A stretch of 64,000 nt of DNA from NCBI GenBank assembly GCA_030390025.1, contig JASTWF010000114.1, forward strand, positions 868,001-932,000, written 5' to 3'. The stretch's first letter is position 1, and each line of letters starts with the position of its first letter. Positions 11,336 to 25,200 of the stretch are shown here, piece by piece. The DNA comes from Squalus acanthias. Its lineage: Eukaryota. A program made the translations under genes and the position numbers. Under the pieces are notes generated by a model, which was given only the letters and a program-made list of their open reading frames with translations, had not been told where the DNA came from and made no database searches.

Positions 11336-11985
11336 AAGAGAATAAGAAGATAAAACATTGGAGCAGGAAAAGTCCATTCGAACCTTCGAGCCTGCTTCAC
11401 AATTCAATAAGATCACGGCTGATCTTCTTTCTCCACACGACCTATCCGCATAATCATTGATTCCCTTACTATCCAAAAATCTATCGGTCTCTGTCTTCAA
11501 TATATCAAGAACTGAGCATCCATAGCCCGCTGGGGTGGAGAATTCGAAAGATTCACATCCCTCTGACTGAAGAAATTTCCCTTTCTCTCAGTCCTAAATT
11601 ACCGACCCCTTATCCTTCGTTGCAGCGCCTCTAAGGCATGTATATCCTTCCTCGGATAATGGGATCAAAACTGTGCACAGTATTCCAGGCGTTGTATCAC
11701 CAATGCCCTGTACAATCGTAACAAGGCTGTTTTACTCTTGTACTCCGAACCCTTTGCAATAAAGGCCAACATGCCATTTGCCTTCCTAAATGCTTGCTGT
11801 ACCTATATGCCAAATCTCCGTGTTTCCAGTACGAGGACCCCAACGTCTCTCTGAACACCAACATTTAATAGTTTCTCACCATGTAAAAGATGTGTTGTTT
11901 TTCTATTCTTTCTACCAAAGAGAATAACATCACGATTGCGAAATTAAACTCCATCTGCCACCTTATTGCCCACTCACTTTACATG
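11336..11985 (-). mobile_element. CR1 3' fragment
   Basis: CR1 3' UTR and RT C-terminal sequence on the minus strand. Confidence 0.8.
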
Positions 11986-14900
11986 TCTATTAGGTCACCT
12001 TTCAGCCTTCTTTTTTTCAAGAGAACAGAGACCCAGCCGGTTCATCCTTTCCTGATATGTATACCCTCCCATTTCTTGTATCATCCTTGTAAATCTACTC
12101 TGCACACTCTCCAGTGTTTCTATATCATTTGTATAATTTGGCGACCAGAACTATACGCAGTACTCTAAGTATGGTCTAACCAAGGTTCGATACAATTTTA
12201 GCATGACATCCCTACTTTTCAATTATATTCCTCTAGAAATAAACTTGGATTGATTTTTTTTAAAGACCTTGCCAACCATTGTCGCAACTTTTAGTGATTT
12301 GTGTATTTGTACTCCTAGTTCCCTTTGTTCCTCTACCCAACCTAGACTCGCAATCTGCAAGTGGTAAGTGACCTCCCGATTCTTCCTACCAAAAGGCAAT
12401 ACCTCACATTTATTTCTGTTTAACTCCATTTGCCAATTATATGTCCATTCTACAAGATTATTGATGTCCTCCTGTAACTCGTTGCAGTCCTCATCAGTAT
12501 TGCCTGTCCACCCCAATTTGGTGTCAGCCGCAAATTTAGAAATTATGTTTTTGACTCCTAAGCCTAGATCATTAATTTAAATTGTGAACAGCAGTGGTCC
12601 CAGCAGTGAACCTTGTGGAACACCACTACCCACCGTCTGCCTTTGTGAATAGCTAACCTTTACTCCTACGCCCTGCTTTATGTCCGGAAGCCAGCCAGCA
12701 ATCCATTCTGATACTTCTCCCCTGACTCCGCATTCTCTGACCTTGTTCATCACTCTATTATGGGGTGCCTTATCGAAGTTAGTTTGAAAATCCAGATCAA
12801 TTAAATGTACCATATTATCATTGTCTACTCTCTCTGTTACCTCTTCAAAACATTCAGTAAGGTTGGTGAAGCAAGACTTTCCCTTTTGAAATTCATGTTG
12901 ACTATTCATTATTATATTTTTGGTTTCTAGATGTTCTTTTACTTTCTCCGTTAGTAGGGATTCCATTATTTTTCTGCCACCAATGCTAAGCTGACTAGTC
13001 TATAATTCTCTGGACATGTTCTATCCCCCTTCTTAAATATCGGTATTAATTTAGCTATCCGCTAGTCCTCTGGCACTATACCTTTTTCTAACGAATTATT
13101 AAATATGTGCAGTAATACCTTTTCTATCTCTTCCCTAGATTATTTTAAAATGCGTGAATGAAATCCATCCGGACCAGGGGTTTTATCCTCTATGAGTTCG
13201 ATTAATTAATTTAATATAGCCCCTTTTTATTTTAAATGTCCTTATCTAATTACTAATCTCATCATCCTATGTCATGTTCACCTTTTCTATCTCTCTGGTA
13301 AATACCGACGCAAAATAATTATTTAATAATTCTGCCATCTCTCTATCGTTACCTGTGGTTTATCCTGACTATCCCTTAATGGCCCTATTCCCATCCCTAC
13401 CTTCCTTTTTTATTGATGTGCTTAAAAATATTTTACTGTTTTGTTTTATGTTCCTTCAAAATTTAATTTCACAGTTCCCCTTTGCCTCCCTTATTATATT
13501 TTGACTTCTCTCCTAATCTTTCCGTATTCTCTCTTATCATGCACTCCCCTGCTGTCTATGTACTTAACGTATGCCTCTTTCCTTACCCTCAATTGTTCAC
13601 TTATGGCTTTAATCATCCATGGAGTCTCATTATTGTTCAGTTTGTTTTTTCCTTTTAGCGGTATGTATTTTTCCTGCACTCTGTTGAACACCGTCTTAAA
13701 TATTTCCCATTGCTGTTCTACTATATTGTTTGCCAATACTGTTCCCCATTTTTTCCCAAGTTCTATTCTCAGCCCTGTCAAAATCAGCTTTTCTCCAATC
13801 TATTAACCTGGTTTCCGTCATTCTTATGTCCATCTCAATTGTCATCTTAATGCATATTATATTACGGTCACTATTGCCCATATGATCATTACCTTTACTT
13901 TTCTTATATGCTCTGGTTTATTCCCCATTACTAGATCTAATAGCGAATCCTCCGTTGTTGGGCTTTATACATATTGGGTTAGAAAGGCGTCCTGTACACA
14001 TTGTAGGAACTCCATTGCCTTATCCCCATTACCGACCTCTGCTGTCCAATTAATATCGGGTTAGTTGATATCCCCCGTGATTATTATTCTATGTTTTTTA
14101 CTCATTTTCCGAATTTGTCTGCATATTTCTTCCTCCACCTCCCTTCCACTATTAGTGATCTGTAGAGTACGCCTATTAGTGTGATAGATTATTTATTATC
14201 TTTTCTCTGTATCCATGTGAATTTAATTTTTGTCTTGCGTCACTTTTTTCGACTGCCATTATGTTATCCCTAATATGTGCAGCTACTCCAACTCCCCTTT
14301 TTCCATCGCTAGCTTTTCTAATATATTATACCCTGTAATTTGTAATTCCTTGTCCTGATTGTTCTGTAGCCATGTCTCCGTAATCCCTAATATGTCTGGT
14401 TCCTCGCAGCGTATGATTGCGTCCAGCTCCCCTGTTTTGTTACAGACACTGTGTGCATTGCTGTACGGTCAGTTTAACTCATTTTTAATAGGATTTCCTC
14501 CCGCTTTATGTTTAACCATCTTTTCAGTCGCCTGTTCTATAACTGTATTTATTCGAATGCCATGAACTTCCTCCCATACTTTATTTTTTCCTATGCGCTC
14601 TGTTGCAGTTTTGTTTATAGTTAGGCTGATTACGTTTCTGATAGATCCGTCTCCCCATCTTACCAGTTTAAAGCCTTTGCCACCTCCCTATATACCCTTT
14701 ACGCTTGGACACGGGTCACATCCTGGTTCAGGTAGAGCCCGTCCCATCGGTACAGATCCTTCCTTTCCCAGAACTGGTGCAAATGTCCCATGAAAAGGAA
14801 CCACTCTTTCCCACACCTGCCCTTTAGTCAAGTGTTAATTCTCCTGCTCTGTCTGCTTCGATCGCAATTTGCACGTGGCTCGGGCAATAATACAGAAATT

Positions 14901-15232
14901 ATTACCCGAGGGGTCCTGCTTTTTAATTTAGATCCGAACTCCTGATTCTTTTTTAGCAGGACCTCCTCCCTGTTCCTACCTATGTCGTTTGATCCAACAT
15001 GGACCACGGCAACTGGATTTCCACCCTCCCTTTCCAAGTTCCTCTCCAGCCGCCCTGAGATATCCCTTATCCTGGCACCGGGTAGGCAACACACACTTCG
15101 GGATTCTCGTTCCTGGCTGCAGAGGAGGCTGTCTATCCCCCTAATTATAGAATCCCCTATCACTACCATATTTCTATTCTGCTCTTCCCTCCTTGGACAG
15201 CCTTCTGAGATACGGTGCCTTGGGCTGCCTTG
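11986..15232 (-). mobile_element. Degenerate CR1 LINE of a second family, with SGNH-type ORF1
   Basis: GVPQGSLLGP (12577-12966); VVIGDSIIRG...CLPGARIRD...VHVGSND (14828-15240). Confidence 0.88.
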
Positions 15233-16852
15233 CAGAAACATTGAAACATAGAAAAATAGGAGCAGGAGTAGGCAATTCGGCACTTCGAGCCTGCCCCGCA
15301 ATTGAATAAGATCATGGATGATCCTCTATCTCAATACCATATTCCGGCTCCCTCCCCATACCCCTTGATGCCTTTTGTGTCTAGAAATCTATCTATCTCC
15401 TTCTTAAATATATTCAGTGACTTTTCCTGCACAGCCTTCTGTGGTTTCGAAATTCCACAGATTCACAACCTTCTGTGTGATAAAGTTTCACCTCATCTCA
15501 GTCCTAAAAGTCCTACCCCTTATCCTTAGACTGTGCCTCCTCGTTCTAGACATCACAGCCAGGAGAAATATCCTCCCTGCATCCAGTCTGTCTAGCCCTG
15601 TCAGAATTTTAGACGTTTCAATGAGATCCCCTCTCATTCTTCTAAACGCTAGTGAATACAGGCCTAGTCGACCAAATCTATACATATAGGACAGGCCTGC
15701 AATCCCAGGACTCAGTCTGGTGAGCCTTCGCTGCACTCCGTCTATGGCAAGTATATTATTTAATTGATGAGGAGACCAAAACTGTACACAATACACCAGG
15801 TGTGGTCTCACTAAGGCCCTGTATCACTGTAGTAAGACATTCTTGCTCCCCTACTCAAATCCTCTAGCAATGAAGGCCAACTTACTATTTGCCTTACAAA
15901 CTGCTTACTGCACCTGCATGCTTGCTTTCAATGACTGGTGTACAAGGACACCCAGGTCCCTTTGTACATTAACATTTCCCAATCTATCACCATTTAAATG
16001 ATACTCTGCCTTTCTGTTTTTCCTACCGAAGTGGAGAACTTCACAGTTATCCACGTTATATTGCATCTGCCATGTATTTGACCACTCACTCAACGTATCC
16101 AAATCGCCTTGAATCCACTGTGCATCCTCCTCACAACTCAGGATACCTCCTAGTTTCGTGTCGTCAGCAAACGTGGAAATATTACATTTGGTTCCCTCCT
16201 TCAAATCATTGATATATATTGTGAATAGCTGGGGCCCAAGCACCGATCCCTGCGGTACCACTCTAGTCACCGCCTGCCACCCCGAAAAAGACCCATTTAT
16301 TCCTGCTCTCTGTTTCCTGCCTCTTAACTAATTTACAATCCATGCCAGTATATTACCCCCAATCCCATGTGCTTTAATTTTGCACACTAACCTCTTATGT
16401 GGAACTTTATCAGAGGCCTTCTGAAAATCCAAATACACCACTTCCACTGGTACTCCCTTATATATTCTACGAGTTATATCCACAAAAATCTCCAGTAGGT
16501 TTGTCAAACACGATTTCCATTTCATAAATCCACGTTGACTTTGTCTAATTCCGTTGATATTTTCGAAGTGTCCTGTTATCTCATCCTTTATAATAAACTC
16601 TAGCATTTTTCCTACTACTGATGTTAGGTTAACCGGTCTGTAGTTCCCGGTTTTCTCTCTCCCTCATTTTTTAAATAGTGGTGTTACATTTGCCACCCTC
16701 CAATCTGCAGGAACTGTTCCATAATCTATAGAATTTTGCAAGATGACAACCAATGCATCCACTATTTCCATGACAATGTCTTTTAGTACTGTGGGATGCA
16801 GATTATCAAGCCCTGGGGATTCATCGGCTTTCAGTCCCATTAATTTCTCCAG
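15233..16852 (-). mobile_element. 5'-truncated CR1 LINE inserted into older CR1 sequence
   Basis: GAAACATA tail at about 15233-15255; RT fragments [14 protein letters not shown] and YLDFQKA. Confidence 0.88.
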
Positions 16853-19800
16853 CAACACTGATCCTTGCGACACCCCACGCGTTACAGTCTGCCAACCGGA
16901 AATAGATCCGTTTATCCCTAATCACTGTTTCCTGTCGGTTAGCCAATCTTCTATCCATGCTACTATATTACCCCAACCCCATGAGCCCTAATCTTGTGTA
17001 ATAACCAATTATGTGGCACCTTATCGAGTGCCTTTTGGAAATCCAAATATAGTACATCCACTGGTTCCCCTTTATCTACCCTGCTAGTTACATCCTCAAA
17101 AAACTCGAATAATTTTGTCCAACACGATTTCCCTTTCATAAAGCCACTTTAACTCAGCCTGTTCCAGTTATGATTTTCTAAGTGACTTGATACCACTTCT
17201 TTTGCAATGGATTCCAGCATTTTCCCGACGACTGATGTCAGGCTAACTGGCCTGTAGTTCCCCGTTTTTTCTCTCCCTCCTTTCTTGAATAGCGGTACTA
17301 TATTTGCGACCTCCCAATACGCTGCGACCATTCCAGATTCTGGAGTATTTTGGAAGATCAAAACCAATGCATCTCTTCAGCCACCTCTTTTATAAACTAG
17401 GATGTAGGCCGTCAGGTCCAGGGGATTTGTTGGCTTTTACTCCCATTCGTTTCTGTAGTGTTTTTTTCTCTACTTATATAAATTACGTTATGTTCTTCAC
17501 TCTCATTAGACCCTTGGTTCTCCACCATTTTTGGTATGCTTTTTGTGTCTTCTACTGTGAAGACAGATACAAAATATTTGTTTAACGTTTCTGCCATTTT
17601 CTTATTCCGCATAATAATTTATCTGGTCTCAGCCTAAAAGCGATCAACGTTTACTTTTGCTACTCGTTTCCTTCTTAAATACTTGTAGAAACTCTAACAA
17701 TCTGCTTTTATGTTTCTTGCTAGTTTTATCTCATATTCCATTTTTTCCCTTTTTATCGATGTTTTAGTCAACCTTTGCTGGTTTCTGAAACTCTCCAAAT
17801 CCTAAGGCTTACTATTATTCTTAGCAACATTATAAGCTTCTTCTTTCAATCTAATGCCGTCCTCAACTTGTTTAGGTAGCCACGGTTTGATCACTTTTCC
17901 TATGGAGTTTTTGTTTCTCAATGGAATGTATTTTTGTCGTGAATTATGAAATATTTCTTTTAATTCTAGCCGCTGCTTATCTACCGCCATAACTTTTAAT
18001 CTATTTTTCCAATGTACATTAGCCTACTTGCCGCTCATAACTATGTAATCGTCTTTGTTTAAGTTTAAGACTCTAATTTCGGACTTAGTCAAGTCACTCT
18101 CAAAATTAATGTGAAATTCTACGATATTATGATCACTCTGCCCCAGAGGATCCTTTACTATGAGACTGCTAATTAACCCTGTCTCATTACACAATACAAG
18201 ATCTAAAATAGCCTGCTCCCTGGTTCGTTCCATGACATATTGTACGAGGAAACTGTCCCGAATGCATTCCATGAACTGGTCCTCGAGACTACCATTGCCA
18301 ATTTGATTTCTCCTGTCAATATAAAGATTAATGTCCCCCAAGATTATTGCAAAACCTTTGTTGCAAGCTCCTACTATTTCTTGATAAATATTCTGTCCAA
18401 CGGTATAGATACTGCGAGGTGGCCGATATACTCGTCATACCAGTGTTTTCTGCCCCTTGTTATTCCTTTTCTCCACCCATACTGATTCTACTTCCTGATA
18501 TTCCGATCCGAGAACCTTTCCCGCTAGTGTCCTTAGGACATCTTTTATTATCAGGGCCACTCCCCTTCCTTTTCCATTCTGCCTGTCTTTTCGATACGTC
18601 AAGTACCCTGGTACATTTAGATCCCGACCTTGGCCACCTTGCAACCATGTCACTGTAATGGCTATTAGATCAAACTCATTTATCCCTATTTCGCCAATAT
18701 TTTGTCTATCTTTTTACGAATGCTTCGTGCATTCAGATAAAGAGCCTTTCATTTAATGTTTTAGCATTATTCACTGCTTTGACCTTATTCTCTGCTGCAC
18801 AGCTACCATTAAACTCTATGTCCCTTCCTGTAATATTCTGCTTAATTTTAGCCAAATCGCTACCCTGCTCTATTGCCTTGGCCTTTCTCTTTAGATTAGT
18901 AAATTTCCCTTAACCTGACCCCTCCCCCCTTTTTTTTATTTTAAAGCCCTATCTACAGCCTTAGTTTTCCATTCACCAGGACACAGGTCCCAGCCCGTTT
19001 TAAGTGGAGCCTGTCCCCATGGAACAGCTCCCTCTTTTCCCAGTACAGGTGCCAGTGCCCCATGGAATGAAACCCCTTTTTCCCACACCACTCTTTGAGC
19101 CACGCATTTAATTCTGTGATCTGATTGACCCCATGCCAATTTGCGCGTGGCTCAGATAGTAATTCAGGGATTATTACCCTTGTGGTTCTGTTTATTAATT
19201 TAGACCATAGCTCCTCAAATTCCCTCAGCAGAAGATCATTTTTCGTTCTGCTCCTGTCGTTGGTTCCTACATGGACCACGACAACTGTATCCCCCCCCCC
19301 CCCCCACTGCAAGTTCTTCTCCAGGCACGAGGAGTTATCCTTAACCCTGGCACCGGGCGGAAAACACAGCCTTCTGGAGACTGTTTCACTGCTGCAGAGA
19401 ACAGTATCTCTCCCCCTGACTATACTGTTCCCTACTACTACCACATTACTACCTTCACCCTACCCACTTGGATGGCACCCTCTCCCACAGTGCGTCAGTT
19501 TGACCATCCTCCCTGCAGTACATTTCCTCATCCATACAGGTAGAATTACCTCGTACCTGTTGTACAACGTCCAGGGCTGAGGCTCCTCAATCACTACATT
19601 ATGGGTCCCCATACAGTCCTGACTCGACGTCACATCCTCCTGTCCCTGACCACTGGAGAACTCTAAAGTACTTCTTAACCTAAAGGGTGTAACTGCCTCC
19701 TGGAACAAAGTGTCCAGGTAACTCGCCCCCTCCCTCATGCATCGCAATATCTGCAGCTCGTACTCCAGTGCAACAATCCTGAGCCGAAGTTCCTCGAGTT

Positions 19801-20180
19801 GCAGACACTTACTGCAGATGAGTTTGCTCGGGACCGCGATACTCTCCAAAGACTCCCAGCTGTTGCAGTTACGACTCACACCCTGCCCTGCCATCTCTAA
19901 CCTTGTTTTGTTCACTAACTAATTAGTAAAAAAAAATATTCAATCGACATTTTAGGTTTATTGTTTGATTATTTTATTTAGTTTAAGTTACTACTTTAAT
20001 AAGTACTCGCAAGTTACCTTTTCTCAGCTCTTAATTTAACCCTCTTCACGAACGTCGAGAGCAGAAATAACTGTAATACTCACCAACCAATCACCTACAT
20101 GCTGTCCTGTGACGTCACGCTTTGTTTTTTTTGATTTAATTCTGCTTTAATTCAGGTTCGCTCTCGGGCCGCTCTTTATC
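16853..20180 (-). mobile_element. Degenerate CR1 LINE with 5' UTR, ORF1 (CSKC plus SGNH esterase) and ORF2 5' part
   Basis: ORFs 19460-19915 and 18953-19444 (GNSIVRG, VHVGTND, GDRLHL); endonuclease and RT fragments at 17149-18653. Confidence 0.88.
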
Positions 20181-20184
20181 CCCT

Positions 20185-22250
20185 AGTTTAGATACTGGAT
20201 GGGATAAAAAATGATAAAGAGCAGGTACTACAAAGGCTGGCTGTACATAAAGTAGATACGTCACAAGTACGGGTGGGATGCATCCTAGGATGCTTCAGGA
20301 GGGAAGGGTGGAAATTGCGGAGGTACTGGCCATAATCTTCCAATCCTCCTTGGATAGGCGCGTGGTGCCAGATGACTGGAGAATTTAAAATGTTTCACGC
20401 CTTATTAAAAAAGGGTGTAAAGATAAACCCAGCAGCTACAGGCCAGTCAGTTTAATCTCAATACTGGGGAAGATTTTAGAAACGATAATCCGGGCCAAAA
20501 TCAACAGTCACTTGGACAAGTGTGGATTATTTAAGGTAAAACAGCACGGATTTGTCAAAGGCATAGTGTGTTTAACTAACTTTATTGTGTGTTTTGATGA
20601 GATAACAGAGAGGGTTGATGATGGCAATGCGGTTGATGTGGTGTACATGGACTTCCAAAAGACGTTTGATAAAGTGCTACATAATTGGCTTGCCAGCAAA
20701 GATGAAGCCAATGCAATAAAAGGGGCAGTGGCAGCATCGATACCAATTTGACTAAGTGACAGGAAACAGAGATCAGTGGTGAACGATTGTTTACCGGACT
20801 GGAGGAAGGTGCACAGTGGTGTTCCCCAGGGGTTGGAACTGGGATCACTGCTTTTCTTGATATATATTAATGACTTGGACATGGGTGTACTGGGCACAAT
20901 TTCAAAATTTGCAGATGGCACAAAGCATGGAAGTATAGTGAACAGTGAAGAGGATAGTGATAGACTTCAACAGGAGATAGATTGGCTGGTGGAATGGGCG
21001 GACACTTGGCAGATGAAATTTAACGCAGAAAAGTGGGAAGTTAGGAAGAACGAGGAGAGGAAATATCAACGAAAGTATACAATTATAAAGGGGTTGCATG
21101 AAGAGAGAAACCTGGGTGATTATGTGCACAAATCATTGAAGGTGGCAGAACAGGTTGATAAATCGGTTAAAAAAGCACACGGGATCATGGGCTTCATAAA
21201 TAGAGGCATAGAATAGAGAAGCAAGGAGGTCATCTTGAAGCATTATTAAACACTTGTCCGCCCTCAACTGGAGTATTGGCCCGAAAATTAGACCTAATAC
21301 GCGAGAGTACGCACTGTGTACTCTCGCATATTAGGTCCCGAATTGCCGGTTTCCTGCATGCACTGCGCATGCGCGGGAAACCGGCACTTCGTGCATGGTG
21401 TAGGGGGCGGCTCCTAAGTTAACCGCGTGCGCGCTACAGGCGGCGCGCACACAGTGCACTTATGTTTTTTTTCAGGTTTGAACGCGCAGGTAAGTGTTGA
21501 AGATTTTACACATAAAAAAAGCAGGCGTAAGACCCCCTTTTAACAAGGTAAGTAGTTAATTAAGTGTTATTTTAAAAAATTTTCAACAGTTTTATGTTTT
21601 TTAGAGACTTTAAAGAAAAATAAGTTTATTTATATAAATTTTAATAAGAATTTAAATTTTTTCAAAATGTAGTTTTTTGTTTAAAGTGGTTAATTTATTT
21701 AACTATAGTTATTTTATTAATGTAATGGCTTTTTAAAATTTAATTCAGGTTTAGCTGTTCTTTTGGGGGCTTCTTGTATTCACAGCTTTGACAGCCCTTG
21801 CTGTTGAAACTATGAATGAAAGATGGTGTGCTGCCATTGGCTCTAACTGTCCCATGTAATCCCAGAGCTCGCACAAACTAACTGCGCCTCTGGGACACGC
21901 AAGCACTGCACGCCGGCAACAGGGAGAGGCCCTCGAAATGAAGTTCGTGTGGGCCCGAACCATAAAGGTAGGCGCGGAGTGCGATATCGCGGGGAATCCA
22001 TACCCCCGCGGCAACCATCGAACTCCAATTTCTGGGCCAATGTATCCAATTCTGGGCACCGCACTTTAGGAAGAATGTGAAGGCCTCAGTAAAGATTTAC
22101 AAGAATGGTTCCAGGGAGGAGGGTTCAAGGGATGAGAAACTTCAGTTACGTGGATAGACTTTAGAAACTGGGGGTTTTCTGCTTAGACAAGAGCAGGTTG
22201 AGAGGGCAATTGATCGAGGTGTTCAAATTCATGAGGGGTCCAGACAGAGC
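20185..22250 (+). mobile_element. Degenerate CR1 RT fragment interrupted by a MITE
   Basis: YMDFQK, GVPQG and FADG in ORFs 20512-21216; CR1 sequence resumes at 22039. Confidence 0.85.
21278..22038. mobile_element. Non-autonomous DNA transposon (MITE, possibly PIF/Harbinger-like)
   Basis: Terminal inverted repeats GGCCCGAAAATT / AATTTCTGGGCC, 3-bp flanks ATT/AAT, splits a CR1 GAGTATTGT.TCC motif, no ORF. Confidence 0.8.
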
Positions 22251-25200
22251 AAGAGAGTTTTCTAAATCAGTATGTTGAGGAAACAACTACAGAACAGATT
22301 TTTTTAGTATCTAGTATTGTGCAACGAGAAAGGGTTAATGAATAAGCAAGTAGTAAAGGGGCCTTTAGGCATGAGTGACCATAATATGATAGAATTTTGT
22401 ATTGAGTTTGAATGTGACTTAGCTGAATCGGAAACTAGGGTCTTAAATCTAAAGAAAGCAAAATATGTAGGTATGAGGTGTGAGTTTGCTAAGGTAGATT
22501 GGGAAACAACATTAAAAGTTCTGACAGTGGACGAGCAATGGCTAGCATTTAAAGAAGATTTAAATAATTTACAACAAATATACATTCCTTTAAGGCACAC
22601 AAACCCCACAGGAAAAGTGATTAAACCGTGTCAAACAAGAGATGTTAAAGATAATATTAGGTCAAAGGAATGGTATATAATGCTGACAAAAAGAATAGCA
22701 AGCCTGAGGATTGGGAGGATTTTAGAATTCAGCAAAGGAGGATCAAGATATTGATAATAAAGTGAAGATAGAATATGAGAGTAAACTGGCGCGAGACATA
22801 AAAGCAGACTGTAAAAGCTTCTAAAGGTATGTAACAAGGGTGGGTCCCTTACAGGAAGAGAGAAGATAAATTATAATAGAGAATAAGGAAATGGAAGAGA
22901 AATTAAACACATACTTTGCATGTGTCTTCACGGAAGAAGACACAAAAAACTTCCCGGAAATAGTGGACAACCAAGGGTCTAGCGAAAATGAGGAACTGAA
23001 AGTTATTAGTATTAGTAGAAAAGTAGTATTGGAGAAATTAATGGGACCTGAAGCCAGTAAAACTCCAGGAACTGATGCCCTACATCCTAGGGGTTTGAAA
23101 TAGATGGCTGTAGAGTTATGGGTGCATTGGTTGTCATTTTCCAAAATTCCATAGATTGTCGAACGGTTCCCACGGATTGGAAGGTAGCAAATGCAACCAC
23201 ATTATTTAATAAAAGAGGGAGAGAGAAAATGGGGATCTACAGACCAGTTAGCCTGACATCAGTAGTAGGGAAAATGCTAGCTTCTCTTATTAAGGACGTG
23301 GTAACAGGGCATTTAGAAAATCATAATAGGATTGGGAAGAGTCAACATGGATTTATGAAAGCGAAATCGGGTTTGACAAATCTGTTGGAGTTCTTATAGG
23401 TTTAACAGCAGAATGGAAAAGAGGGAACAGTGGATGTGGTAAATTTGGATTTTCAGAAAGCAATATATAAGGTGGCACACAAGATGTTATGAAACACAAT
23501 TAGGCCTCATGCGATTGGGGGTAATATACTAGCATGAATTGAGGATTGGATAACAGACAGAAAACAGATTGTAGAAAAACATGGGCTATTTTCTAGTTGG
23601 CAGGCTGTAACAAGTGGGGTACCACAACGATCAGTGCTTGGGACTCAGCTCTTCACCATATATATCAATGATTTGCATGAGGGGACCAAATGTAATATAT
23701 CCAAGTTTGCTGATCATACAAAGCTGGGTGGGAATGTAAGTTGTGAGGAGGATGCAAGGAGGCTGCAAGGGGATATAGATAGGTTAAGTGAGTTCGCAAG
23801 AACATGGCAAATGGTATATTATGCGGAGAAATGAGAAGATATCTACTTTGGTAGGAAAAATAAAAAAGCAGTGTATTTTTTAAATAGTGAGAGATTGGGA
23901 AATGTTGGTGTTCAGAGGGACCTGGTTGTCCTTGTACACGAATCACAGGAAGTAAACATGCTGGTACAGCAAGGAATTAGGAAAGCAAATGATATGTTGG
24001 CCTTTATTACAAGAAGATTTGAGTATAAGAGTAAAGACGTCTTACTGCAATTATATAGGGCCCTGGTGAGACGACACCTGGAGTATTGTGTACAGTTTTG
24101 ATCTCCTTACCTAAGGAAGGATATACTTGCCATCGAGGGAGTGCAACGAAGGTTCACTAGATTGGTTCCTTGGATGGGGGAATTGTCCGATGACGATGAT
24201 TGAGTAGACTAGGCTTATATTTTCTAAAGTTTAGAAAAATGAGAGGAGATCTCATTGAAATATACAAAATTCTTACAGGGCTTGGTACAGTACAGCTGCA
24301 ACACTGACATTTATCCGACAATGTGGAAAATTGCCCAGGTATGTCCTGTCGACAAAATGCAGGACAAATCCATCCCGATCATTTACACTACATCAGTCTA
24401 CTCTCAATCATCCGCAAAGTGATGACAGGTGTAATCGACAGTGCTATCAAGCGGCACTTACTCACCAATAACCTGCACACTGATGCCCAGTTTGGGTTCC
24501 GTCAAGAAAGCTCGGTTCCCGACATTGGTCCAAACATGAACAAAGGAGCAGAATTACAGAGGTGAGATGAGTGTGACTGCCCTTGACATCAAGGCAGCAT
24601 TTGACTGATTGTGGCATCAAGGAGCCCTAGTGAAACTGAAGTCATTGGGAATCGGGGGGTGGGTGGGGGACGTTCCAATGTCTGGAGTCATACCAAGCAA
24701 AAAAGAAGATGGTTGTGGTGTTTGAAGGTCAATCATCACAACCTCAGGACATCGCTGCAGGATATCCTCAGGGCAGTGTCCTAGGTCCAATCATCTTCAG
24801 CTGCTTCATCAATAACCTTCCCTCCAACATAAGGTCAGAAATGGGGATGTTCGCTGATGACTGCACAGTGTTCAGTGCCATTCACAAATCCTCAGAAATG
24901 AAGCAGTCCATGCCCGCACGGAACAAGACCTGGACGAATTTCAGGCTTGGGCTGATAAGTGGCAGGTAGCATTCGCGCCACAGAAGTGCCATGTAATGAC
25001 TATCTCCAACATGCCCCTTGACATTCAACGGCATTACCATCGCCGAATCCCCCACCATCAACTTCCTGGGCGTCACCATTGACCAGAAACTTAACTGGAC
25101 CAGCCAAAAAAATACTGTGGCAACAAGAGCAGGTCATAGGGTCGGTATTCTGCTGCGAGTGTAAAACCTCCTGACTCCGCAAAGACTTTCCACCATCTAC

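Noticed and set aside
14828-15301. SGNH/GDSL esterase as a captured host gene (also 18953-19444)
   Set aside because: The esterase domain is a known component of CR1 ORF1 and sits in the expected position.
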